Positions 52,044 through 60,591 of a stretch of 62,121 nucleotides of DNA are shown here, one piece after another. Origin of the DNA: Pseudomonadota bacterium. GTDB taxonomy: Bacteria; Myxococcota_A; Polyangia; Fen-1088. The stretch is taken from the NCBI GenBank assembly GCA_017881315.1, contig JADGRB010000002.1:1-62121 (forward strand), in the 5' to 3' direction. Within the stretch, counting starts at the first letter, position 1. Every line of letters begins with the position of its first letter. The notes under the pieces were generated by a model that made no database searches, was not told where the DNA came from, and saw only the letters and a program-made list of their open reading frames with translations. Position numbers and translations under genes: made by a program.

Positions 52044-53870
52044 CTAGGCGGCCCGCGAGGTCAGGTACCGCTGCTTGAGATGATCGGTGATCGCGGTCGC
52101 GACGAAGTCCTGGGCCCACCGGGCCGTGAAGGTATGGTCGGTTCCCTTGACCTCCGTCCGGAGGTAGCCGGACAGCGAGGCCAGCGCACGCATCTCGCGG
52201 CCGTAGTTGGCGTCGACGTAGTCGACCCCCGGATCGTGCTCGGTCACCACCAGGAAGGTATCGACCCCCCGCTCCGCCATGATCCGGAGGCACTTCGGAA
52301 CGTCGTTCTCGCGTGGCTTCTCCGATGAGGAGGGGTCGCCGTCGTTGTGGCGTCCGCCACCCAAAGCTTTGCTGACGGCGCTGCTGACGGCGCGTTTCAG
52401 CTGATCCGCGACCTTGGGAGCGACGATCCGGGCCGCCCGCGCGACGTCCGCGTCACCGCGCAGGAGCTTCTTCAATGAGTCCGTCTGCAAGAGCGATCCC
52501 TGGTACGCGCGCGCCTGCTGATAGGAGTCGACCATGCTGAGATCGTTCACGCAGAACGTCCTCGGGTTGATCATGATCGCGCCAGCCACCCGTGGGTTCC
52601 GAAAGCCGATCTCGAACGTGATGTCGCCACCGGAGCAGAGCCCGGTGAGGATGAACCTGTCGACCTTGATGGTGTCGGACAGGAAATCCATCGCCGCCTC
52701 GACGTCTTCGTCTCGATCGCGCGGATAGGTCAGGTTCTCTTGCGCAGCTGCCGCGACGGGGCTGTCTCCGATTCCGGAGAGATCCATGCGAAACACCGGG
52801 AACCCCAGGGCGGCCCAGCGCCGCGCCATCGGCACGTAGAGCCGGTGCGCGCCGATTCGGTGAATGGATCCCGCGTTGAGCATGATGATCGCGGGTAGGT
52901 CGGGGCGCTTCGCGGCCGGCGCCGGACTGGTCAGAATGCCGAACAGGTGACGTGGGCCGCCGAAGGTGAAGGCGCGCTCCCGCAGGCTGGAAGCCTCGGC
53001 AGCCGGCGCCGCCGCGGTGGCAGCTGACGTCGGGGCGATAGTCGGGCGGGCTTCGAGGGGACATTCTTCGCCGAGCCAGCTGGTGACGGCCTCGATGATG
53101 GCCTGGGGCACCTCTGAATCCTGCGGTCGCGTGATCAAGAACTTCTGACCGGGCATGTGTCGGGTCGTCACGACCCCGCCCAGGCCCGTCAGGTGCGTCG
53201 CGAGCGCGTTCGCCGACGACAGATTGGCCGTGTCGACCACCAAGGTCCGCCGCGCCGGCGATCGCTGGATGCTGAACAGATCGACCGCCGCCAGAGAATC
53301 GACGGTCTGCTTGGTGAGCAGAAAGCCCAGGGCCTCCTGACCCTCGGCCGAGGGTGGTCCCCCGGAGAAGCTGGCGGGCTCGAGCATCGTGTGCATCCGA
53401 TGCGCCTTGGTCGCCTCGGAAACGTACGCGTTGCCGGATTCGTGCGCGCCCCACAGTACGAGCGCCTCCACGCCTCCCAGATCTTCGGCCGCCAATGTCG
53501 CCAGCGTCGCGCCGAGCTTCAGGCCCACCAGCGCCAACGCCTCCACACCACCGCGGACGCGGAGCTCGACCGCCGCCCGTTTGATGTCGGCGCGCCAGGT
53601 CGCGACCCGATCCGGATCGCGCTCATCGCCCGCCGAGTCCCCGGTGCCGTCGAAGTCGAATCTCAGCACGGGAAACCCCGCGTTCGCGAGAGCTTCCGCC
53701 AGATGGCGAAACGCGCGGTGCGCCCGGATCAGGTCATCCCCGACGGGGTTGCACAAGACAACCCCTAGCCGGCGAATCCCTGCTCCGGAAGGCGGATGGT
53801 AAAAACCGAAGAGTGGCCTTTCGGCGGCCCCGAAATAGATCGGGTGCTTTCCGACTGACGGCTGGCCCAT
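52044..53870 (-). CDS. tandem alpha/beta-hydrolase-fold protein (two halves)
   Basis: 608 aa. The N-half elbow reads LVGLKLGATLA (Lys at the nucleophile position). The C-half elbow reads LTGLCSGGD (GxCxG). Confidence 0.7.
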   Translation of the reverse strand: MGQPSVGKHPIYFGAAERPLFGFYHPPSGAGIRRLGVVLCNPVGDDLIRAHRAFRHLAEALANAGFPVLRFDFDGTGDSAGDERDPDRVATWRADIKRAAVELRVRGGVEALALVGLKLGATLATLAAEDLGGVEALVLWGAHESGNAYVSEATKAHRMHTMLEPASFSGGPPSAEGQEALGFLLTKQTVDSLAAVDLFSIQRSPARRTLVVDTANLSSANALATHLTGLGGVVTTRHMPGQKFLITRPQDSEVPQAIIEAVTSWLGEECPLEARPTIAPTSAATAAAPAAEASSLRERAFTFGGPRHLFGILTSPAPAAKRPDLPAIIMLNAGSIHRIGAHRLYVPMARRWAALGFPVFRMDLSGIGDSPVAAAAQENLTYPRDRDEDVEAAMDFLSDTIKVDRFILTGLCSGGDITFEIGFRNPRVAGAIMINPRTFCVNDLSMVDSYQQARAYQGSLLQTDSLKKLLRGDADVARAARIVAPKVADQLKRAVSSAVSKALGGGRHNDGDPSSSEKPRENDVPKCLRIMAERGVDTFLVVTEHDPGVDYVDANYGREMRALASLSGYLRTEVKGTDHTFTARWAQDFVATAITDHLKQRYLTSRAA

Positions 53871-53892
53871 CCCTCCCCTTTTTCTCTGCTGG

Positions 53893-53921
53893 CCCTCGCG
53901 CTGTCAAGCCCTGCGCGAGGG
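53893..53921 (-). other. 9-bp GC hairpin between the small ORF and the hydrolase gene
   Basis: ccctcgcgc-N11-gcgcgaggg. No U-tract. Confidence 0.3.
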
Positions 53922-53932
53922 CTTGGGGCCGC

Positions 53933-54088
53933 TTACTCCGCCAGAACGCCGCGGGGACGAACCGGCACTTCCAGCTTCCGAACCTCGATCTTGAACTCCG
54001 TGTCCGGGCTGGTGGCCGGTGCGGGAAGCCCGTCGGATTGGGTCGTGCTGGTCTCGGTGCCCTCGGTCGTCTTGTCCTTGTTCGCTTC
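53933..54088 (-). CDS. 52-aa acidic/Thr-rich small protein
   Basis: MEANKDKTTEGTETSTTQSDGLPAPATSPDTEFKIEVRKLEVPVRPRGVLAE. RBS GGAGAG lies 8 nt upstream. By my count 44 of 52 codons end in G/C, like bona fide genes here. The ORF track extends it to 54139. Confidence 0.55.
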   Translation of the reverse strand, partial: EANKDKTTEGTETSTTQSDGLPAPATSPDTEFKIEVRKLEVPVRPRGVLAE

Positions 54089-54323
54089 CATGTGAATTCT
54101 CTCCAGGTACGTTGTTATTGAAACTTTGTTTGAACCCATCGCCTGACTCGAGCTGTCAATCGCCCGGTCAGGCCGCCCACACCGAATCTAACGCTGATCT
54201 GTCGCCTTGTTCCCCTCCCCAGAAGATCGGCAGGAACCGAATAATACGGGAACTTCCTGGATAGTAAAAGGGGTAATCCGTGACGCTTCGGAAACGTCGA
54301 GCTACGGACCGGAATCGACCCTT

Positions 54324-55919
54324 TCAGCCGGTCGCGAGGGCGCCCTCTGGGGATTTCTGGAAGGCGGGGGTGGCGACCCGGGCCAGAGGCAGCTCGAGCG
54401 CATCGGCCAGGGCGGCGGCGCTGGCTTCGATGATGTTTTGAGATACCCCGATGGTGCTCCACCGCTCCTCACCGCGGGCCGATTCGATGAGGACCCGGGT
54501 CTTGGCGCGGGTGGCGGCTTCCGGATCCAGGATGCGCACCTTGTAGTCGGCCAGACGGATGTCGCGAACCAGCGGGAAGTTTGGATTGAGCGCCTTGTGA
54601 AAGGCGCTGTCGAGCGCGTGCACGGGTCCCGTCCCCTCGGCGACCGTGTGAACGACTTCCTCTCCGATCCGGAGCTTGACGGTCGCCTCCGCGAACATCG
54701 AGTTGCCGCGCCGGCGCTCGGAGATCACCACCACATCGAGGACCTCGAACGGCGGAACGTAGCCGGGCTGGCTGCGGCGACTGAGCAGCTCGAAGGAGCC
54801 CTCGGCCGCCTCGAACTGGTAGCCCTGGCTCTCGAGCTCCTTGATGCGGTCGAGCACCGTTCGTTCACTCCCCTGCACCTCGATGCCGAGCTCGCTGGCG
54901 CGCATGCGAACGTTGCCGCGACCCGACAGCTCGGAGACCACGATGTGGCGACGGTTGCCGACCCGCTCCGGGACGATGTGCTCGTAGCTGGCGGGGATCT
55001 TCTCGACCGCGGCGACGTGCATCCCCCCTTTGTGGGCGAAGGCCGAGGAACCCACGTACGGCGCGTGCGCGCGCGGACGGATGTTCGCGATCTCGCTCAC
55101 CGAGCGCGAAAGGTCGGTCAGACGCGCCAGGTTCTCCTCGGGCACGCAGGGCCGGCCCATCTTGAGCTGCAGGCCCGCGATGACCGAGATCAGATTGGCG
55201 TTGCCGCAGCGCTCGCCCCAGCCGTTCATCGTTCCCTGGACCTGCTCGCAGCCGGCCTCGATCCCGGCGAACGCGTTGGCGACCGCCACGTCGCAATCGT
55301 TGTGGGTGTGGATGCCGAGCTTGGTGGGGATGGTCTGGCGCACCACCCCGACCACCTCGCGGATGTCCCCCGGCAAGCTGCCGCCGTTGGTGTCGCACAT
55401 CGCGACCCAGTCGGCGCCCGCGGACGCGGCCGCCTTGATGGTGGCGAGCGCGTATTCGCGATCGGCGCGAAAGCCGTCGAAGAAGTGCTCGCAGTCGTAG
55501 ACGACCTCGCGACCCTGCTTCTTGAGAAAGGCGACGCTGTCCGCGATCATCGCCAGATTCTCGTCCAGCGTCGTGCCGACGATCTTGGTGACGTGCATCG
55601 TCCAGGTCTTGCCGACGACGGCCACCACCGGTGTCTCGGCGGCCACCATCGCGGCCAGGATCGGATCAGTCTCGGCGCGCCCGCCTGCCTTGCGGGTCAT
55701 TCCGAACGCCGTCAGCTTGGCGTGACGAAAGGTGACCGACTTGGCGCGCTCGAAGAACTCCACGTCCTTGGGGTTCGACCCGGGGTAACCGCCTTCGATG
55801 AAATGAATGCCGAAGCCGTCCAGCAGACGCGTGATCTTGAGCTTGTCCTCGACCGAGAGAGAGAGACCCTCGCTCTGCATGCCGTCGCGCAGAGTGCTGT
55901 CGAAGAGTTGGACATTCAT
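54324..55919 (-). CDS. cimA: (R)-citramalate synthase / 2-isopropylmalate-synthase family
   Basis: 531 aa. Blocks: LFDSTLRDGMQSEG, HTHNDCDVAVANA, GTMNGWGERCGNANL. C-terminal LeuA-dimer-like regulatory domain. Confidence 0.85.
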   Translation of the reverse strand: MNVQLFDSTLRDGMQSEGLSLSVEDKLKITRLLDGFGIHFIEGGYPGSNPKDVEFFERAKSVTFRHAKLTAFGMTRKAGGRAETDPILAAMVAAETPVVAVVGKTWTMHVTKIVGTTLDENLAMIADSVAFLKKQGREVVYDCEHFFDGFRADREYALATIKAAASAGADWVAMCDTNGGSLPGDIREVVGVVRQTIPTKLGIHTHNDCDVAVANAFAGIEAGCEQVQGTMNGWGERCGNANLISVIAGLQLKMGRPCVPEENLARLTDLSRSVSEIANIRPRAHAPYVGSSAFAHKGGMHVAAVEKIPASYEHIVPERVGNRRHIVVSELSGRGNVRMRASELGIEVQGSERTVLDRIKELESQGYQFEAAEGSFELLSRRSQPGYVPPFEVLDVVVISERRRGNSMFAEATVKLRIGEEVVHTVAEGTGPVHALDSAFHKALNPNFPLVRDIRLADYKVRILDPEAATRAKTRVLIESARGEERWSTIGVSQNIIEASAAALADALELPLARVATPAFQKSPEGALATG

Positions 55920-56035
55920 GATGGCGCTCCCGAGATGAAACGCCCAGCCTAGGCGACTGCCGAATCAATCTCCAGCGATAATTGGCTGCGCCGCGTCGAG
56001 AGCGGACTCGCCGTGACAGCCTGAAACGAGCTGAA

Positions 56036-56587
56036 TCAGCGCGGCAGCGCGGCCTCGGGGATCGCGGCCAGCAGCGGGTTTTCCTGATCCCGCTCCGAGA
56101 CGTTGGCGGTCTTGACCTGCCAGTCGAGGCCCAGCGCCGGATCGTCCCAGCGGACGCCGCGCTCGTCGCTGTTGTCGTAGTACTCGTCGACCAGATAGGT
56201 CATGAACGAATCGACCAGCGCGCAGAATCCGTGCGCGACGCCCTTTGGAATGTAGAGGCCGAAGGGATGATCCTGGCCGAGATCCAGCATCTCCTTCTGT
56301 CCGCGCGTAGGCGACGAAAGGCGGAGGTCGTAGAGCGCCGCGCGCACGTGACCCGACGGGACCAACCAAAAGTCGGCCTGTTTGAGGTGGTAGTGCATGC
56401 CGCGCAGCACACCCGCCTTGGAGAACGACACGTTCCCTTGCACCATGTCGCGCACGCCGGGGATCCACGACCTGCGGAAGCTCTCGAAGAAGTAACCGCG
56501 CTCGTCGGAAAAGGCACGCAGCGGGACGATGTAGACGCCGCCGATTCGCTCGGACGCTCGAGCTGGGTTGGAAGGCATGCCCAGCAC
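56036..56587 (-). CDS. rfbC: dTDP-4-dehydrorhamnose 3,5-epimerase
   Basis: Blocks: FSDERGYFFESF, GVLRGMHYH, QADFWLVPSGHV, YIPKGVAHGF, YYDNSDERGVRWDDP. Confidence 0.9.
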   Translation of the reverse strand: MLGMPSNPARASERIGGVYIVPLRAFSDERGYFFESFRRSWIPGVRDMVQGNVSFSKAGVLRGMHYHLKQADFWLVPSGHVRAALYDLRLSSPTRGQKEMLDLGQDHPFGLYIPKGVAHGFCALVDSFMTYLVDEYYDNSDERGVRWDDPALGLDWQVKTANVSERDQENPLLAAIPEAALPR

Positions 56588-56655
56588 CCTATCAGATTCT
56601 CCCCGCCCCGCGCACGATGGCGGCTGGCCAAAAACGGGCTAGAGTGCCGAACCAA

Positions 56656-57540
56656 ATGAGCGAACCGTCGGCCAAAAAGGTGCGCAAAGCGGTGGTGCCG
56701 GTCGCCGGCCTGGGGACGCGGTTCCTGCCGGCCACCAAGGCCGTCCCCAAGGAGATGTTGCCGCTGGTCGACGTGCCCAGCATCCAGATCATCGTCGAGG
56801 AGTGCGTGGCGGCCGGCATCGAGGAGGTCATCTTCGTCACGGCGCGCGGCAAGTCCGCCATCGAGGATCATTTCGATCGCGCACCCGAGCTTGAAGCCCT
56901 GCTGGCGCGGCGCGGGAAGAAGGAGGACCTGGCGGCGGTGCGGCGATTGACGGAGCTGGCCCGCTTCGTCTCGGTGCGACAGGGCGAGCCCCGCGGCCTC
57001 GGGCACGCGGTCCTCTGCGCCCGGGCCGCCGTGGGCGACGAGCCGTTCGCCGTGCTGCTGGGCGACGATCTGCTCGACGCCGAGGTCCCCGGAATCCGCC
57101 AGCTCATCGACCTGCATGCGCGCACCGGCACGGGCGTGGTCGGCCTCAAGGAGGTGCCGGTCGGACAGGAGCATCTGTACGGCATCATCGACGGCGAGCG
57201 GACCGCGCCCCGCGAGCTGCGGGTCCGTAAGCTCATCGAGAAGCCCGCGCCCGGGACCGCGCCGTCGCGGCTGGCGATCATCGGGCGCTACGTCCTGCCG
57301 CCCGAGATCTTCGAGATATTGGAGACGACGCCCGCCGGGCGCGGCGACGAGATCCAGCTCACCGACGGCCTCGAGACCCTCTGTGCCCGCAAGGGTCTCT
57401 ATGGGCTCGAGGTGGAAGGACAACGCTTCGACGTCGGCGATCGCGCGGGGTACGTGCTGGCGCTGGTTCATTACGCGCTCCGCCGGGACGACATTCGGGT
57501 CGAAGTACGCGCGGGGCTCGAGAAGCTCCTGCGGTCATGA
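56656..57540 (+). CDS. galU: UTP--glucose-1-phosphate uridylyltransferase
   Basis: ATG at 56656. Blocks: KAVVPVAGLGTRFLPATKAVPKEMLP, GLGHAVLCA, VLLGDD, GRYVLPPEIF. Confidence 0.9.
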   Translation: MSEPSAKKVRKAVVPVAGLGTRFLPATKAVPKEMLPLVDVPSIQIIVEECVAAGIEEVIFVTARGKSAIEDHFDRAPELEALLARRGKKEDLAAVRRLTELARFVSVRQGEPRGLGHAVLCARAAVGDEPFAVLLGDDLLDAEVPGIRQLIDLHARTGTGVVGLKEVPVGQEHLYGIIDGERTAPRELRVRKLIEKPAPGTAPSRLAIIGRYVLPPEIFEILETTPAGRGDEIQLTDGLETLCARKGLYGLEVEGQRFDVGDRAGYVLALVHYALRRDDIRVEVRAGLEKLLRS

Positions 57541-57604
57541 CGGCCGCGGCGCGCCGGTCGTCGACGTTGACTTTGAAATTCCGTCCGCGGAAACTCGCGC
57601 GCCG

Positions 57605-58639
57605 ATGAATCTGCTGGTGACGGGTGGCGCGGGCTTCATTGGCTCGTCTTACGTGCGGCTCGCGCGGCGAAAGCGGCCAGACGGCCTGGTGGTCAACGTC
57701 GACGCCCTGACCTACGCGGGCAACCTGGAAAACCTCCGCGACCTCGAGGGCGACGCCCAGCACCTCTTCGTGCGCGCCGACATTCGCGACGGCGCGAAGA
57801 TGCTGGACCTGCTGCGAACGCACGCGATCGAAGCGATCGTGAACTTCGCCGCCGAGAGTCACGTCGACCGCAGCATCATCTCCGCCGAGCCGTTCCTCGA
57901 CACCAACGTGGCGGGGACGCTGCGCCTGCTGGAGGCGGCGCGCGCCGCGGGTGTGCGGCGGTTTCTCCAGGTGTCGACCGATGAGGTCTACGGCTCTCTC
58001 GGACCGAGCGGCGCCTTCGAGGAGACCACCCCGCTCTCGCCGCGCAGCCCCTACTCGGCCAGCAAGGCGGCCGCGGACCACTTCGTGATGGCCTTCCATC
58101 ATACCCACGGCATGGACACAGTCCTCACCCGCTGCTCCAACAACTACGGCCCCTTCCAGTTCCCCGAGAAGCTGATCCCGCTCATGATCCTGAACGCGTT
58201 CGAGGGCAAGCCGCTACCGGTCTATGGGGACGGCCTCTACGTGCGCGACTGGATCCACGTCGAGGATCACTGCGAGGCGGTCGACCTCGTGCTCGAAGGC
58301 GGCGGCGCGGGGGAGGTCTACAACGTGGGCGCCGAGAACGAGCGGCCGAACATGGACGTCGTGCGGACGATCCTGCGCCTGACCGGTCGCGACGAGTCGT
58401 TGATCCGCCACGTTCCCGACCGACCCGGTCACGACCGGCGCTACGCCATGAATGCCCGCAAGATCCGCGAGCAGCTCGGCTGGCGGCCGCGCCACGCCTT
58501 CGACGAGGGGCTCGCCGAGACGGTGGCCTGGTACCGCGCGAACTCCGTCTGGTCCGATCGGATCCGCAGCGGCGCCTACCGCGACTACTACGAAAAACAG
58601 TACGCCGCGCGGCTGGCCGCCTCGAGCTCGGGCGCTTAG
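57605..58639 (+). CDS. rfbB: dTDP-glucose 4,6-dehydratase
   Basis: ATG at 57605. Blocks: LVTGGAGFIGS, FAAESHVDRS, YSASKAAADH, RCSNNYGPFQFPEKLIP, DRPGHDRRYA. Confidence 0.95.
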   Translation: MNLLVTGGAGFIGSSYVRLARRKRPDGLVVNVDALTYAGNLENLRDLEGDAQHLFVRADIRDGAKMLDLLRTHAIEAIVNFAAESHVDRSIISAEPFLDTNVAGTLRLLEAARAAGVRRFLQVSTDEVYGSLGPSGAFEETTPLSPRSPYSASKAAADHFVMAFHHTHGMDTVLTRCSNNYGPFQFPEKLIPLMILNAFEGKPLPVYGDGLYVRDWIHVEDHCEAVDLVLEGGGAGEVYNVGAENERPNMDVVRTILRLTGRDESLIRHVPDRPGHDRRYAMNARKIREQLGWRPRHAFDEGLAETVAWYRANSVWSDRIRSGAYRDYYEKQYAARLAASSSGA

Positions 58640-59922
58640 TTCGCCGGAATGGCGCCGCCGACTTCGATCAGGCGGCGCTGGAGGAAGCGGCGATCGGACT
58701 GGTTGCTCGCCAGCGCCAGCGCCTGCCGATAGGCGGCGGCCGCCTCGGTAAACCGACCGAGGCGGCGAAGCAGGTCGGCGCGCGCGGCGGAAAGCAGGTG
58801 ATAGTCGGCGAGGACGCCGCTGGCCGCCAGCGCGTCGATCCGGCGCAAGCCCTCGGCCGGTCCGGTCGCCATGGCGATCGCGACGGCGTGGTTCAGCGAC
58901 ACCACCGGCGACGGATACAGCTCGGCGAGCAGCGTGTAGAGGCCGACGATCTGCACCCAGTCGGTTTGGTCGGCCCGTTCGCTTTGCGCGTGCACGCCCG
59001 CGATCGCCGCCTGCAGGGCGTAGGGCCCGGGAAACGCGGCGCGCAGCGTGCCGTCGATCAACGCCAGCCCTTCGCGGATCGCCGCGCGATCCCAGCGGGA
59101 GCGATCCTGATCTTCCAGTAAGATCACCTCGCCGTCGGCGCCGGCGCCCACCCTGGCGTCGCGGCGCGCGTCGGAGAGCAGCATCAGCGCGAGCAGCGCG
59201 CGCGCCTCGGCGGCGGGCATCAGCTCGACCAGCAGCCGCCCGAGGCGGATCGCCTCCTCGCAGATCTCGCGGCGAACGGGGGACGATCCGGAGCTGGCCG
59301 CGTACCCTTCGTTGAACACCAGGTAGATCACCGCCAGCACGGCATCCAGGCGCGCCGGCAGCTCGTCGGAATCCGGGACGCGGTAGGGGATGCCGGCCTG
59401 CCGGATCTTGGCCTTGGCCCGCACCAGCCGCTGGGCCATGGTGGCGGCAGGCACCAGAAACGCGCGCGCGATCTCCTCGGTCTCGAGACCGCCGAGCGTG
59501 CGCAGCGTGAGCGCGACCTGCGCCTCGATCGCGAGCGACGGATGGCAGCAGGTGAAGATCAATCGGAGACGGTCGTCCACGGGTTCCTCATGGGCAGGCG
59601 TCGCGTCCGGCGCGGACGCCATCGCCAGCGCCGCCTCCATTTCGAGCGCGGTCCGCTTCTCCTCGAAGAGGGCGCCGCGCCGCAGCCGATCGACCGCCTT
59701 GTTGCGCGCGGCTCGAATCAACCAGGCGCGCGGGTTGTCGGGCGTCCCCTCGGCGGGCCACTGTACGAGCGCCGCCTCGAGCGCGGACGCCAGAGATTCT
59801 TCGGCGACATCGATGTCGCCCACCAGACGGATCAAGGTCGCGAGGATCCGCCCCCGTTCCTCTCGAAAGACCCGCTCGACCGTCTCGATTCCTGAATCCA
59901 TCGCCCGCCCGGAACCCAGCAT
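58636..59922 (-). CDS. ECF-type sigma-70 factor with long C-terminal (TPR-like) extension
   Basis: Region 2: AWLIRAARNKAVDRLRR. Region 4: IARAFLVPAATMAQRLVRAKAKIRQ. An extension of about 200 aa follows. This is the usual pairing with an upstream YciI-like gene. Confidence 0.8.
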   Translation of the reverse strand: MLGSGRAMDSGIETVERVFREERGRILATLIRLVGDIDVAEESLASALEAALVQWPAEGTPDNPRAWLIRAARNKAVDRLRRGALFEEKRTALEMEAALAMASAPDATPAHEEPVDDRLRLIFTCCHPSLAIEAQVALTLRTLGGLETEEIARAFLVPAATMAQRLVRAKAKIRQAGIPYRVPDSDELPARLDAVLAVIYLVFNEGYAASSGSSPVRREICEEAIRLGRLLVELMPAAEARALLALMLLSDARRDARVGAGADGEVILLEDQDRSRWDRAAIREGLALIDGTLRAAFPGPYALQAAIAGVHAQSERADQTDWVQIVGLYTLLAELYPSPVVSLNHAVAIAMATGPAEGLRRIDALAASGVLADYHLLSAARADLLRRLGRFTEAAAAYRQALALASNQSDRRFLQRRLIEVGGAIPAN

Positions 59923-59945
59923 AGCCCCGGGCGGACGCCGCGCGC

Positions 59946-60320
59946 TCAGGCCTTGGGCCGCGGGTAGTCGGCCGGCATCGGCATGACCGGTCGCACCTCG
60001 ATGCTGCCCACGCGCGCTCCGGGGATCCGGGCCGCGAGCTTGGTGGCTTCGTCGAGATCCTTGGCCTCGACCAGGTAGTAGCCGCCGAGCTGCTCCTTGG
60101 TCTCGGCGAACGGACCGTCGGTGGTGAGCGTCTTGCCGTCGCGGACACGCACCGTGGTCGCGCTGGCCGTCGGCTGGAGCGCGTCGCCGGCCTTCATGTT
60201 CCCCGACTTGACGATGCTCGCGGTGAAGTCGCCGTAGGCCTTGAACATGGCCTCCCGGTCGCCCGGCGTGGCGGTCTTCATCCCTTCCTCGTTCCCGTAG
60301 ATGAGCAGCATGTACTGCAT
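59946..60320 (-). CDS. YciI-family (DGPF-motif) protein
   Basis: MQYMLLIY start at 60320 with RBS GGAGAG. Block: DGPFAETKEQLGGYYLVEA. Confidence 0.85.
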   Translation of the reverse strand: MQYMLLIYGNEEGMKTATPGDREAMFKAYGDFTASIVKSGNMKAGDALQPTASATTVRVRDGKTLTTDGPFAETKEQLGGYYLVEAKDLDEATKLAARIPGARVGSIEVRPVMPMPADYPRPKA

Positions 60321-60591
60321 GGAGTCTCTCCTTGGTGGGTGTCGTTGCGGGACCAAAGCGTCCCTGAATCAGTCGATCGGCGCCCGCCCCGATCGACAGG
60401 CCACCGTTTCTTTTTTTAAGCCCGTACGGATTATTTCCGGCACGTAAACACTAGGTTTCGGTGACGTTTCGGATCGATTTAGATTTCGTCAATGAACGCT
60501 TGATCCCGATCCGCCAAGTCGCCAAGATTCGGTCCGCGCGCGCGACCTCGCCGCGCTGCGAGTCACGGCCTTCAGAAAAAAGGATCGCGCC

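Noticed and set aside
56036-58639. rfbC and rfbB present without rfbA/rfbD, considered as a degenerate dTDP-rhamnose pathway.
   Set aside because: The two genes look intact, and the missing steps can be encoded elsewhere in the genome. Absence from a 62-kb window is not evidence of loss.
60372-60417. 9-bp inverted repeat gtcgatcgg-N8-ccgatcgac followed by a T-run, looking like an intrinsic terminator on the plus strand.
   Set aside because: No plus-strand gene ends upstream of it; the neighbour is the minus-strand yciI start. The T-run is 10 nt away from the stem. More likely it is part of the divergent yciI/amtB control region, and its function is undetermined.
60437-60453. ccGGcacgtaaacaCTa upstream of amtB, examined as a sigma54 (-24 GG / -12 GC) promoter.
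   Set aside because: The -12 position lacks the invariant GC at the correct spacing, so this is only a partial match to TGGCAC-N5-TTGC.
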